A stretch of DNA of 21,460 nt, from assembly GCA_044356455.1 (NCBI GenBank), contig JBIKWF010000070.1, positions 1 to 21,460 of the forward strand. Direction: 5' to 3'. The notes beneath the pieces were generated by a model. It worked only from the letters and a program-made list of their open reading frames with translations, was not told where the DNA came from and did not search any database. The translations under genes and the position numbers were made by a program. Source of the stretch: Bdellovibrionota bacterium (GTDB taxonomy: Bacteria > Bdellovibrionota_C > UBA2361 > JBGSMV01). Below, piece by piece: positions 5,140 to 13,816 of the stretch; the stretch's first letter is position 1; every line of letters starts with the position of its first letter.

Positions 5140-7764
5140 TTGGGAAATTTCAGATTTGTAAGGCCTTCCGGTACAGGCAAGAGGAAGGGGCCTCGCCCCG
5201 AATCTGGCACTGATATCAAGGATGCATCCTCACACGAAGGGTCACGTGCACCTATATCCGATACCCCGGAGCAAGCGCGCTCAGCTAAGAAGAGAGAATC
5301 ACATGGGATGGGGCAGCCGCACGCAGGCCAATCCTCTGCACTAAATAGCACGGCATCATCAGGAAGCGTGGTGGCAAAGGGTGCCCCGACTTCAGCGAAG
5401 CTGCCTGGTCAGGTGTCCCCTCACCAAGATGCGCACGAACTTGAAGGCGCGCACCACGTAAGTTCATTTGAGGGTCTACTCGACCCAGAATTAGAAACGG
5501 CCATCGCGGCACCTGACCAAGATAAGGGCGCGATTCTTGCTGAGACTCAAGGAGCCTCTTTCGTTAAAGACGAGGCTGGAGACGAAGAGGGTTCTGGCGA
5601 GCCTCGTTTTCTCAATATGCTGAGCGAGCGAGCGCGCTGCTTTCTTTTCTCTTACTCACCAAAGCTTAAATCTCTCGTAGCTTGGAGTTCCAACGCTAAA
5701 GATATTCTTGGCGTTTCAGATAACGAAATTGTCCGAGAGGGCAACCTCTTCATGCGGCATGTTCACCCCGAGGACCGCTTCCGAGTCCTCGCAGCCCTTG
5801 AGCAAGCACTGAGGGGAGAATGCCGCTACGAGATTACCTACCGCTGGATACGCCCTGACGTTAATGAGCTGCGTTGGATTCACTGCCGTGCCGCACTTAA
5901 CACCATTTCTCCAAGCGCAAAGGGAGCGGGCCCAACCGCGGCAACGTTCTCGGCTCTAGGCCTAGAGAGCGATCAAGTGTTGCTTGAGGGCATCCTCATG
6001 GATGTCACGCAGAGCGACGTCGCTCACCTTACCGAGCCCAAGGAGGACGGCGAATTCTCTGCTGAGTCGCTCGCTGCGATGCCTGCTCTCACCTTCCTGA
6101 TTGATCGTGATTTGCGGCTTGTAAAGTTAATCCATCCCGCAGCACCAGCTTCAGAAGCAGTTCATGCGGCTCATCAAAATACAAGCAACAACTCGCAATT
6201 ACATTACTCTCAGTCCCGCTCCCCTCTCAAGCGCAGGTTCTCCCCCATAGAATCGTTTGATTTCGGGGATTCTATGTTTGAAGCTTCCGACTTTGTTCCA
6301 GGTCGCCTCGTACTTCCTGCGTTCGGAACAGAGACCTTGCGGCATCACTATGCCCGAGTCTTTGAACAACTTTTAAATGGGTCTCTGCCAAGTTTTCACA
6401 CCAGGCTGCAGCATGTTGAGCCCCCTCTCTCGCTGGATCTTTTCCCTTGGAAATCGGGCGACACAACGATTGGCATTTTTGGATTAGTGAATGACGCCTC
6501 AAATGTAGTCATGCTTGAGCGCCAGATTTCTGACTTGCGCCGTGCCGAAGGACTGCGCTCTCTTGCGGCTGGCGTCTCGCATCACATCAACAATGTGCTT
6601 CAAGCTATTATTGGCCAGGCAACGGTGATGCGAGAGCACCCAGAAGATAGAGGGCTCGTGGAGCGCAGCGCGGCCTCAATTTCCGACCTTGTTACTAGAG
6701 CCTCTGAACTCACGCAGCAGCTGTTTCTTTTTGATGACTCCCCCCAAGGAGCTCTTCAGCCAATCGATCTCAATCTTTCGGTGATGGCCGCAGTCAGCGC
6801 CGCAGAGGAACTCTTCGCATCGCCTCTTGAAATTCAAGTTTCGTTTGGGAATCCAGCCGCGGTGCTTGCTAAACAGCAACCCCTCATTGATTCGATTCGC
6901 GAACTTTTGCGCACAGCCCGCGAGCACACGGTGGTGTATGGAACGGGGCTCCGCAGTCAGAGTGCTCACGCGCCGAGACGTGCAACCTCCGTAGGCGAGC
7001 CTTCTCCCTCCCCTGTGGGCCCCTCGCCTGAATTGCCGTCCTCACCGGGAGCAAAGCAAGAATCGCAACTTACCATTCGGACCTTTCAGGCTGAGGTCCA
7101 CGCGCACGAGGTCCCAAGCACACGGCCGGGCCACTATGCGCACCTTGTAATAGCGGAAACTCGAAAACTGGGCGGAACTTCAGAGGCGCCCCTGAGACGG
7201 ATGCGCAGTTTACATAGCGTTACCAGTAGTTCTTCTTTTAGGCGCGCACAAACCGTGGTCGAGCGTTTTGGCGGCACCATCACCGCGCAGCTCCCTCCTG
7301 AGGGAGGGTTTTCAATTTCGCTCCTTCTTCCCGCACTCATAGCCGATGAAGGGAGACTTTTCTCAGTAGACCCAGCGGCAGCACCCGAAATTCTGCTCAT
7401 CGACGACGATACTCTGGTGCTACAAACCGTCGAAGCCATGCTCAAAAACGCAGGCTATCGCTGCGTGACCGCTCAGTCAGCACACCGGGCCCGCAGCGTT
7501 GCGCAGGCATTTCAAGAGACCCTTAAAGTGGCACTAGTCGACGCAGTAATGCCGGGGGAGAACGAACTCACTATCATAAAAGACCTCAAATCTGCGATTC
7601 CCGATCTTGTGGTGATAGGATTTACCGGGGCTGCAAGCGAAAAAGGCGAAGGCTTATTGGGAGCTGGTGCCGAAAGAATCTTACGCAAGCCGGTAGATCC
7701 TATGGTGTTGCGTGACACTATTCGCTCAGTGCTTCAGCCTACAGATACGGCGGCTAATTCTTAA
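5140..7764 (+). CDS. CckA-like hybrid sensor (PAS, PAS-like, HisKA, degenerate HATPase, receiver); probable pseudokinase
   Basis: PAS_3 motif HVHPEDR...YRWIRPD..LRW, H-box LAAGVSHHINN, receiver ILLIDDD...VDAVMP...FTG...RKP. N, G1 and G2 boxes not recognisable. Start uncertain (TTG 5140, low-complexity N-terminus). Confidence 0.85.
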   Translation: MGNFRFVRPSGTGKRKGPRPESGTDIKDASSHEGSRAPISDTPEQARSAKKRESHGMGQPHAGQSSALNSTASSGSVVAKGAPTSAKLPGQVSPHQDAHELEGAHHVSSFEGLLDPELETAIAAPDQDKGAILAETQGASFVKDEAGDEEGSGEPRFLNMLSERARCFLFSYSPKLKSLVAWSSNAKDILGVSDNEIVREGNLFMRHVHPEDRFRVLAALEQALRGECRYEITYRWIRPDVNELRWIHCRAALNTISPSAKGAGPTAATFSALGLESDQVLLEGILMDVTQSDVAHLTEPKEDGEFSAESLAAMPALTFLIDRDLRLVKLIHPAAPASEAVHAAHQNTSNNSQLHYSQSRSPLKRRFSPIESFDFGDSMFEASDFVPGRLVLPAFGTETLRHHYARVFEQLLNGSLPSFHTRLQHVEPPLSLDLFPWKSGDTTIGIFGLVNDASNVVMLERQISDLRRAEGLRSLAAGVSHHINNVLQAIIGQATVMREHPEDRGLVERSAASISDLVTRASELTQQLFLFDDSPQGALQPIDLNLSVMAAVSAAEELFASPLEIQVSFGNPAAVLAKQQPLIDSIRELLRTAREHTVVYGTGLRSQSAHAPRRATSVGEPSPSPVGPSPELPSSPGAKQESQLTIRTFQAEVHAHEVPSTRPGHYAHLVIAETRKLGGTSEAPLRRMRSLHSVTSSSSFRRAQTVVERFGGTITAQLPPEGGFSISLLLPALIADEGRLFSVDPAAAPEILLIDDDTLVLQTVEAMLKNAGYRCVTAQSAHRARSVAQAFQETLKVALVDAVMPGENELTIIKDLKSAIPDLVVIGFTGAASEKGEGLLGAGAERILRKPVDPMVLRDTIRSVLQPTDTAANS

Positions 7765-7767
7765 TAG

Positions 7768-7870
7768 CTAAGGAGTCTGTTCCTTATGAAATTTCTACCG
7801 CGACACGTAGCGGTGGCAGTGGGGCAGTTTGCGTAAGACCTTATCCAGATTTAAGATTGCGGCCCCCTAG
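7768..7870 (-). mobile_element. Family A element, short form, diverged and in reverse orientation
   Basis: CTAAGGAGTCTGTTCCTTATGAAATTTCTACCGCGACACGTAGCGGTGGCAGTGGGGCAG aligns with the reverse complement of 4923-5039. The other terminus is eroded but ends in CCTAG. Confidence 0.7.
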
Positions 7871-8004
7871 AGGCTCTCTGAAGAACTCACCTCTGTGTGC
7901 CTCTGCGCCCGCTGTGGTGAAATCTTCATGAAGAGATTCACCACAGGGGACACGGAAGTACACAGAGGTGTAGTAAGACTGGAGCTTTTTCTGAGGCTGC
8001 CTAG
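7867..8004 (+). mobile_element. Family B MITE-like element
   Basis: CTAG-AGGCTCTCTGAAGAACTC ... TTTTTCTGAGGCTGC-CTAG. Central palindrome CACCTCTGTGT...CTGTGGTGAA / TTCACCACAG...ACACAGAGGTG. Confidence 0.8.
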
Positions 8005-8039
8005 ATTGTCACGCGCTATTATTACAGGAAGACCGCAGT

Positions 8040-8969
8040 ATGTTTTTCAACCTTCCGCAACGACTTCGCCCCACGCTTGCCGGTAGCGCGCTATTTTTTT
8101 CCGCCTTCGGAGTGGCGCTCCCCGGCTGCGAAGAAAAGAAGAGCTCTCCTCTCTCAGTCAACGTAAAGGAGATTTTTCCTAAGACTCTGCCCGATCCTGT
8201 GGCGCAAGCAGAAAAATTCATCGAGCAGATTCGGGAGGCAAAACGCTCAGGCAAACCAGTAGCTGCCTGGGTGAAAGTCTACCACAAGGATCCCCTCGGA
8301 GCTTCGGCTGAACAGGAGCAAAAGCTTCCTGGGGTAACAGCCCTGATGACAAATTTTATTACCGCCTCTCAGTTTGAAGCGCTTTGGTTTCACCTTAAGT
8401 TTGAAGATCCCAAACTTACGTTGAGCGAAGGAGCAAAGTCGATTGAAGGCATCGGTGAACTTGGGACGGTAACTCGTGAAGCTACTCAGTTTCTTTATTC
8501 CCGCTTGTTCCCTTCTGGACTACCGCAGCGCTATGAGGAACTTACCGAAGAACAGAAGAACTTCCTCCTTAGTCCGGGAGCGGTTGCCACGGCTTTTGGA
8601 GAGCAGAAGATTGAGATCATCTACCCTGCCGGAGATCCCTCCGTGCTCGACAATATTGACGCCAAGCTTGATGCGCTCAAAGCCTCCTACGGGCGGATCA
8701 TCCCGCAACCTTGGCCAGAAGAGTACCGATCTCTTGTGATGGACCAAAGGGAAGAAGCGCTCGTTGCCTACGCGCGTGCCCTTATCTCAAAACCTGAACA
8801 CGCGGATAAAGTAGTAGTCATTGACTACGGAACCAAACATTCCGATCTACCAGCACGCTTACGCGACGCTGGCTTTGAGGTAGTCACACTTGATTGCGGC
8901 ACGGTTCTCGACTCCTTTCTCAAGAACCTCTCGGAGAAAGTTGCTCGCGGAGAGGCTGGGTTGCAGTAG
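8040..8969 (+). CDS. Putative lipoprotein, TraB/GumN(Tiki)/ChaN-like fold
   Basis: Signal peptide with lipobox LPGC (Cys30). Motifs VKVYH, PKLTLSEG, MDQREEAL and VVVIDYGTKH...LRDAGFEV follow the H..E..R(N/D/E)..GxxH order of this superfamily. The fold call is inference. Confidence 0.7.
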   Translation: MFFNLPQRLRPTLAGSALFFSAFGVALPGCEEKKSSPLSVNVKEIFPKTLPDPVAQAEKFIEQIREAKRSGKPVAAWVKVYHKDPLGASAEQEQKLPGVTALMTNFITASQFEALWFHLKFEDPKLTLSEGAKSIEGIGELGTVTREATQFLYSRLFPSGLPQRYEELTEEQKNFLLSPGAVATAFGEQKIEIIYPAGDPSVLDNIDAKLDALKASYGRIIPQPWPEEYRSLVMDQREEALVAYARALISKPEHADKVVVIDYGTKHSDLPARLRDAGFEVVTLDCGTVLDSFLKNLSEKVARGEAGLQ

Positions 8970-8994
8970 AAGGGGTCGCTGCAGATTGGCGCCT

Positions 8995-9195
8995 CTAAGC
9001 CTGGCCCAATGCCGAATCGATGAGCCCCTTAAGCCGTAGCAACAATGCCTTCTCTCCAAGGCCAAGCTCAGCCACTCTAAGGGTCTGATCCCCCAGTTTC
9101 ACGCTCACCTCGAGGCCTTCGCGAAACGGCCTCCTTAAAAATACTGCGGTATAGCGTTTTTTTTTGTGCTGGAAGCGCCGCGAAAATTTTTCCAT
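8995..9195 (-). CDS. Small hypothetical protein downstream of guaA (possible HicB-N-like fold)
   Basis: 66-aa ATG ORF starting 9 bp after the guaA stop and filling the gap to the convergent gene. Protein-like beta-beta-beta-alpha pattern. Confidence 0.6.
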   Translation of the reverse strand: MEKFSRRFQHKKKRYTAVFLRRPFREGLEVSVKLGDQTLRVAELGLGEKALLLRLKGLIDSALGQA

Positions 9196-9204
9196 GGGTA
9201 GGTT

Positions 9205-10806
9205 TTATTCCCACTCAATCGTGGAAGGTGGCTTGCTTGAGATATCAAGTACCACTCGGTTGACGCCTTTTACCTCGTTAATAACGCGGCTACTTGTGCG
9301 CCGGAGGAGCCCCTCTGGTAAATAAGCCCAATCTGCCGTCATACCATCTTCAGAAGTAACGGCTCTTAAGGCAATTGTTTGTTCATAGGTTCGCCCATCT
9401 CCCATCACGCCCACGCTCTGAATGGGGAGAAGAACCGCAAAGCTCTGCCACAACTTGGTATAAAGCCCTTCGGCGCGCACTTCCTCTTGGAAAATCACAT
9501 CCGCGTCTCTCAGAATGCGCAGCCGCTCTGGGGTAATTTCGCCCAGAATTCGTACTGCTAAGCCGGGGCCTGGAAAAGGCTGACGCTCAAGGAGTGGCGC
9601 AGGCACGTGAAGATCTGCGCCCAACCTTCGCACTTCGTCTTTGAATAACTCACGCAAAGGCTCGAGCAACTTAAGATGCATACGCTCGGGAAGTCCGCCT
9701 ACGTTGTGATGAGATTTGATAACCGCTGACGGTCCACCGCGGACCGACACACTCTCAATCACATCGGGGTAGAGCGTCCCTTGCACGAGGTGAGTAACGT
9801 TAGGAATAGAGCGCGCTTCGCGCTCAAAGACTTCGATAAATACGCGCCCGATGATTTTGCGTTTCTTCTCGGGATCCGTGACTCCTCGCAGCTCCGACAG
9901 GAAATGCTCGCCCGCCTCAACCACTCGCATGTTCAGCCCAAGTCCTCCCTTGCCGAGCTGACGAGCCACTTCTTCGCTCTCGTGCTTACGCATGAGGCCG
10001 TTATCAACGTAAAGGCAATGCAAGCGGTCGCCAAGCGCCTTGGCGACGATCACGGCGGCAACCGTGGAATCAACGCCGCCACTAAGGCCACAGATAACGT
10101 TGGCGTCTTCTGGGACCGCCGCACGAATGGCGCGTACCCAGTAGTCAACAAAATTAGCCGGCGACCAATCAGGCTTCATGCCTGCAATCTTAAAGAGGAA
10201 GTTTCCGAGAATATCTTTGCCCCTTGGGGTATGTGAAACCTCGGGGTGAAACTGCAACGCGAACATCTTGCGCTCTATGTCCCCAATGGCTGCGACAGGC
10301 GCTCCTTTGCTCTGGCCAAGTAAGGAGAAGCCCTTAGGCGGGGTATCGACGTGGTCGCCATGACTCATCCATACCGAGATTTTTTCACCTTTATCAAAAC
10401 CATCGAAGAGGCCAATTGGATCAACAATCTCAACTGTAGCCTGACCATATTCGCGGCTATGCCCCTGGGAAAGTTTGGCTCCGCACAAGTGGGAAATTAG
10501 CTGTAGTCCATAACAGATACCAAGCGTGGGCACTCCGAGCTCAAGCCACTTGGGATCAAACGCGGGGGCATCGGCCTCTGTGACGCTCGCAGGCCCGCCC
10601 GAGAGAATAAGGGCCCGAATGGCCGAGCGATCGATTTCTGAAGGGCTCGTGGTGCAAGGCTTCACTTCGCTGTAGACCCCGAGCTCTCTAATGCGCCGCG
10701 CTATCAATTGGGTGTACTGAGAGCCAAAATCAAGCACGAGAACCTGATTAGGGTGAGAGGAGGCCTGATTGGAATGCGAAGCCGCCAAAGAAGCTGATCG
10801 TGTCAT
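9205..10806 (-). CDS. guaA: GMP synthase (glutamine-hydrolysing)
   Basis: LDFGSQYTQLIARRIRE, GICYG, WMSHGD, QFHPEV, SGGVDS, IKSHHNVGGLP, PFPGPGL and C-terminal KPPSTIEWE. Confidence 0.98.
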   Translation of the reverse strand: MTRSASLAASHSNQASSHPNQVLVLDFGSQYTQLIARRIRELGVYSEVKPCTTSPSEIDRSAIRALILSGGPASVTEADAPAFDPKWLELGVPTLGICYGLQLISHLCGAKLSQGHSREYGQATVEIVDPIGLFDGFDKGEKISVWMSHGDHVDTPPKGFSLLGQSKGAPVAAIGDIERKMFALQFHPEVSHTPRGKDILGNFLFKIAGMKPDWSPANFVDYWVRAIRAAVPEDANVICGLSGGVDSTVAAVIVAKALGDRLHCLYVDNGLMRKHESEEVARQLGKGGLGLNMRVVEAGEHFLSELRGVTDPEKKRKIIGRVFIEVFEREARSIPNVTHLVQGTLYPDVIESVSVRGGPSAVIKSHHNVGGLPERMHLKLLEPLRELFKDEVRRLGADLHVPAPLLERQPFPGPGLAVRILGEITPERLRILRDADVIFQEEVRAEGLYTKLWQSFAVLLPIQSVGVMGDGRTYEQTIALRAVTSEDGMTADWAYLPEGLLRRTSSRVINEVKGVNRVVLDISSKPPSTIEWE

Positions 10807-10849
10807 AGGTGATTGCTCAAAAACGTCGCCTTTTATGGTTCTGTCCCCC

Positions 10850-10898
10850 CTAGAGCCCTTAAACTCTTAGTTTTAACTCTTACGAGGCTTGGCTCTAG
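10850..10898. repeat. 49-bp CTAG-bounded inverted repeat in the divergent guaA promoter region
   Basis: CTAGAGCC (10850-10857)/GGCTCTAG (10891-10898) enclosing two AACTCTTA direct repeats. Confidence 0.4.
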
Positions 10899-11052
10899 TT
10901 AACGACTACAAACCTCAAAAGCAGCCAATTGTTTCAGGTTATTAGGCAGGTTAATGTGGAGCCCTCCAAGAAAGCCCCCAGTAAGTACCTCATGTGGGCC
11001 TAACGATAGCCGCTTGGATGAAAGGACTCAATAAATTCCTTGTAGTGCCTGT

Positions 11053-12246
11053 ATGGATTTCAAAACTGCCCCTTCAATCTCCCCCCCGGGTACCAGCGCA
11101 TGCGAGTCCCCACGGTTGCTCCGAAACTCAGAACTTCAGAGCTGCAAACTGGAAAAACAAGGGTTTGGCGCTTGGCTCTTGCTCGCGGTAAGTAGCCTGG
11201 TTTTCGCGCTTGGCAGAACCGGAGTGCTTGGCATCCTTGCGCTAGCGACCATACTAGGAGCTCCGAAGGAGAGCTTCTCTGAGTTTATCCAGACCAGCGC
11301 AGGCGTACTTCAGAGCTCGGACCGCCGCGCCAAAATAATCGTATCTTATCGAGTGCCAGGCATTTTTATCCTTTTAGGCAGCCCTATAGATCTTCAAGTA
11401 TTCGACCCCGCCAAGATTGAGCTGCAACCGAGCAAAGTCGCACCCGTAAACCTACCCACTGGAAACCCTGGCTCAAGCGAATCGGGCTCTGCTCCCCACG
11501 CGCCTCAAACGAGTGCCCCGCAAGTACCTGCCGCCACCAGCACGCACCTCTTTGTTGAATACAGTCCTGAGCTGGACCGCTATACCGCTCTGCATATTGG
11601 TCAGCGCTCGTTTAGGATTCGAGGGGGATTCTCTTTACACTCTGATGCCGAGGGCCAGCGGCTTAGAATTACCGTAGACAACAACAACCCATACCTCTCT
11701 GTGGTGTACGAACCCGTAGAGAACTCCGCCGCCGCCCAGCCCGCAGAACCTTCCCTAGCCCCTCGAGACAACTCCCCAACGATTCTAGGGTTTAGAGGAA
11801 TTCAAACTGTCGTCAATAAATCTGGCTTACGTTATGTAGCGCTCTTAGAGGCCAATCAGTTCAATCAATTTAAGGGACTCATTGAGCCCTATGTGCTTGC
11901 TGACGGGGCCATCACGTTAAAAGGGTCCCAGTACCAAGGAAATTCGATTGGTGTGGAACTTGAGCCCCAGAAAAACATCTGCTTGGCGAAAGGCAGTTCA
12001 CTCATTTATCAATCTCAGCTTTCCGGAATTAAGGGCTCAGCAAACAGAGAAACTGCGCTCAAAGAGCTTGAGAACCTCCTTGCTGCGGCAAAGCCGCAAG
12101 ACCCTTTCAAAGGAGTCCTCTTGTTACGCGTAAATCCAACCGAGATCCTGGGGCTCGACTATGGAAAGGAGCGCGTAATTACGGTACGCCCCCTACCCAA
12201 AGCAAAACAGTCCGTGTGTTTGATTGAAGAGACTCCTCTTGGGTGA
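11053..12246 (+). CDS. Hypothetical membrane-anchored or exported protein
   Basis: 397-aa ORF with an N-terminal hydrophobic segment (WLLLAVSSLVFALG..GVLGILALATILGA) and beta-rich blocks separated by P/S/A linkers. Ends 16 bp before the CDF gene. Start uncertain. Confidence 0.75.
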   Translation: MDFKTAPSISPPGTSACESPRLLRNSELQSCKLEKQGFGAWLLLAVSSLVFALGRTGVLGILALATILGAPKESFSEFIQTSAGVLQSSDRRAKIIVSYRVPGIFILLGSPIDLQVFDPAKIELQPSKVAPVNLPTGNPGSSESGSAPHAPQTSAPQVPAATSTHLFVEYSPELDRYTALHIGQRSFRIRGGFSLHSDAEGQRLRITVDNNNPYLSVVYEPVENSAAAQPAEPSLAPRDNSPTILGFRGIQTVVNKSGLRYVALLEANQFNQFKGLIEPYVLADGAITLKGSQYQGNSIGVELEPQKNICLAKGSSLIYQSQLSGIKGSANRETALKELENLLAAAKPQDPFKGVLLLRVNPTEILGLDYGKERVITVRPLPKAKQSVCLIEETPLG

Positions 12247-12262
12247 TTTCTAAGAAACACAC

Positions 12263-13375
12263 ATGACAGAGTCTACACCCCCCCCAAAATCAGGTAGCCC
12301 CTTTCTCAAGGGTCGCCCAGACCAGGGTGGTCACACCTGTGCACACGGCCACCACGACCATGCTCACGACGGCCACACAAAGCATGACCATTCGGGCGAT
12401 AACCACTCAGGCCATAACCACTCAGGCCATAACCACTCAGGCCATAACCACTCAGGCCATGGTTTCCTTGCGCACCACCACCACTCACACTTCCCTGCGG
12501 AGGGCTACTCGGGCAAGCTCTCAAAGACGTTTCTCCTTTCTATCGGATTAAATCTTCTATTTGTAGGAGCCGAAGGCTTCGCCGCTTGGATTTCGAATTC
12601 TGTGGCGCTCCTGGCCGATGCAGGTCACAACCTGGGAGATGTCCTTGGGCTGGCGCTGGCACTTTTTGCCGTCAGGCTTTCCCTAAAACCACCGACCAAA
12701 CGACATACCTGGGGCCTTAAGCGCTCTACTATCTTGGCATCTCTGGTCAATGCACTCGCGCTTGTGGCCATGGTCATCATAATTGCAAGAGAAGCTACGG
12801 AGCGCATTCTTTACCCTGCCCCCGTTGATACGAGCGTTATCGCCGTCACCGCACTCATAGGCATTGTCATTAACTCTCTCACTGCCTGGCTTCTGCACCG
12901 GCACGATCAAGCGGATGTTAATGTGCGAGGAGCATTCCTGCACATGCTCGCAGACGCGGCTGTATCCGCAGGTGTGGTCATAAGTGCGCTCCTCATTTCA
13001 TGGACGGGCTGGCTTTGGATAGACACCGCGGTAAGCTTTTTGATCGCAGGTGTTATTCTCGCGGGAACGTGGAATATCTTGATTGAATCTCTGCACCTGA
13101 ACCTTGATGCCGTTCCGCAGGGTCTCGATCTTGGACAAGTAAAACAAGCGCTCGCAGAACTTCCTGGGGTTACGGAAGTTTACGATCTGCACGTATGGCG
13201 CACGAGCACTACCTCCTCAGCACTATCTGCGCACCTCATTCGAAGCACTATGAGCAACAACGATGAATTCTTGCTCTCTGCGAGCTCACTGCTCAAGCAG
13301 AGGTTCTCAATTGCTCATGCCACGCTCCAGGTGGAATCCAAGCGCTTAAGCCAGGGCTGCGTGGAAAACGATTAA
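12263..13375 (+). CDS. Cation diffusion facilitator (CzcD/ZitB-like Zn/Co/Cd exporter) with His-rich N-terminus
   Basis: SVALLADAGHNLGD (TM2 HxxxD), NVRGAFLHMLAD (TM5 HxxxD), DLHVW and HATLQVE; six hydrophobic helices. Confidence 0.95.
   Translation: MTESTPPPKSGSPFLKGRPDQGGHTCAHGHHDHAHDGHTKHDHSGDNHSGHNHSGHNHSGHNHSGHGFLAHHHHSHFPAEGYSGKLSKTFLLSIGLNLLFVGAEGFAAWISNSVALLADAGHNLGDVLGLALALFAVRLSLKPPTKRHTWGLKRSTILASLVNALALVAMVIIIAREATERILYPAPVDTSVIAVTALIGIVINSLTAWLLHRHDQADVNVRGAFLHMLADAAVSAGVVISALLISWTGWLWIDTAVSFLIAGVILAGTWNILIESLHLNLDAVPQGLDLGQVKQALAELPGVTEVYDLHVWRTSTTSSALSAHLIRSTMSNNDEFLLSASSLLKQRFSIAHATLQVESKRLSQGCVEND
12401..12460 (+). repeat. In-frame 15-bp tandem repeat (AACCACTCAGGCCAT)x4 encoding NHSGH
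   Basis: Four perfect copies preceded by a degenerate copy GACCATTCGGGCGAT (12386-12400). Confidence 0.95.
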
Positions 13376-13403
13376 GAATGCCGCTTGTGATGGCCCCAAA
13401 ATA

Positions 13404-13640
13404 TCATGGACAAACAGGAGGGGTAGGTATCGGAGTCGGGCAAGCCACTCCTTCCTCTGTGACACAGGGAGTAGTTGCGTCATTACCTGCGCTAATGGCA
13501 GTGCGAATTGGAATCGGCACTGGCGTAGGCGCTCCAAAGGCCGAAGATAGACCAAGCCCCACTATACCAATCGCCAGCAAAGCTACCCAAGAGAGCCTAA
13601 GAATAGATTTGTTCACAGGCATACCCAGAAAGTTCAGCAA
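13404..13640 (-). CDS. Small putative secreted Pro/Thr-rich protein
   Basis: 78 aa from TTG (GGTGAG upstream; alternative ATG 13622). Signal-peptide-like WVALLAIGIVGLGLSSAFGA, then PTPVPIP...C...CPTPIPTPPVCP. Confidence 0.5.
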   Translation of the reverse strand: MLNFLGMPVNKSILRLSWVALLAIGIVGLGLSSAFGAPTPVPIPIRTAISAGNDATTPCVTEEGVACPTPIPTPPVCP

Positions 13641-13816
13641 AATTTACTCTCACCTGGGAGTCGTCTTCTCTTGGAGAAACCTGAAGCCACATTTACAAAA
13701 CTCCCTCTAAGGCGCTGAATTTTCGATAAAAAACCCTCAAGAGTTTCCTCTGGAGGACAGCTGCAGTAGGCTCCCCCGGCTGATGAGGAATTTCGCAGTC
13801 GAGCATTCAGTTAAAC

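Noticed and set aside
10807..11052. Purine riboswitch upstream of guaA
   Set aside because: No purine-aptamer core (e.g. TATAAT...GATATGG...GTTTCTACC) seen on the minus strand.
11770..11900. SpoIID/LytB-like motif in the 397-aa protein (FRGIQTVVNKSGLRYV...EPYV)
   Set aside because: Resemblance is weak and the downstream catalytic E...ALKAQAVAAR motif is absent.
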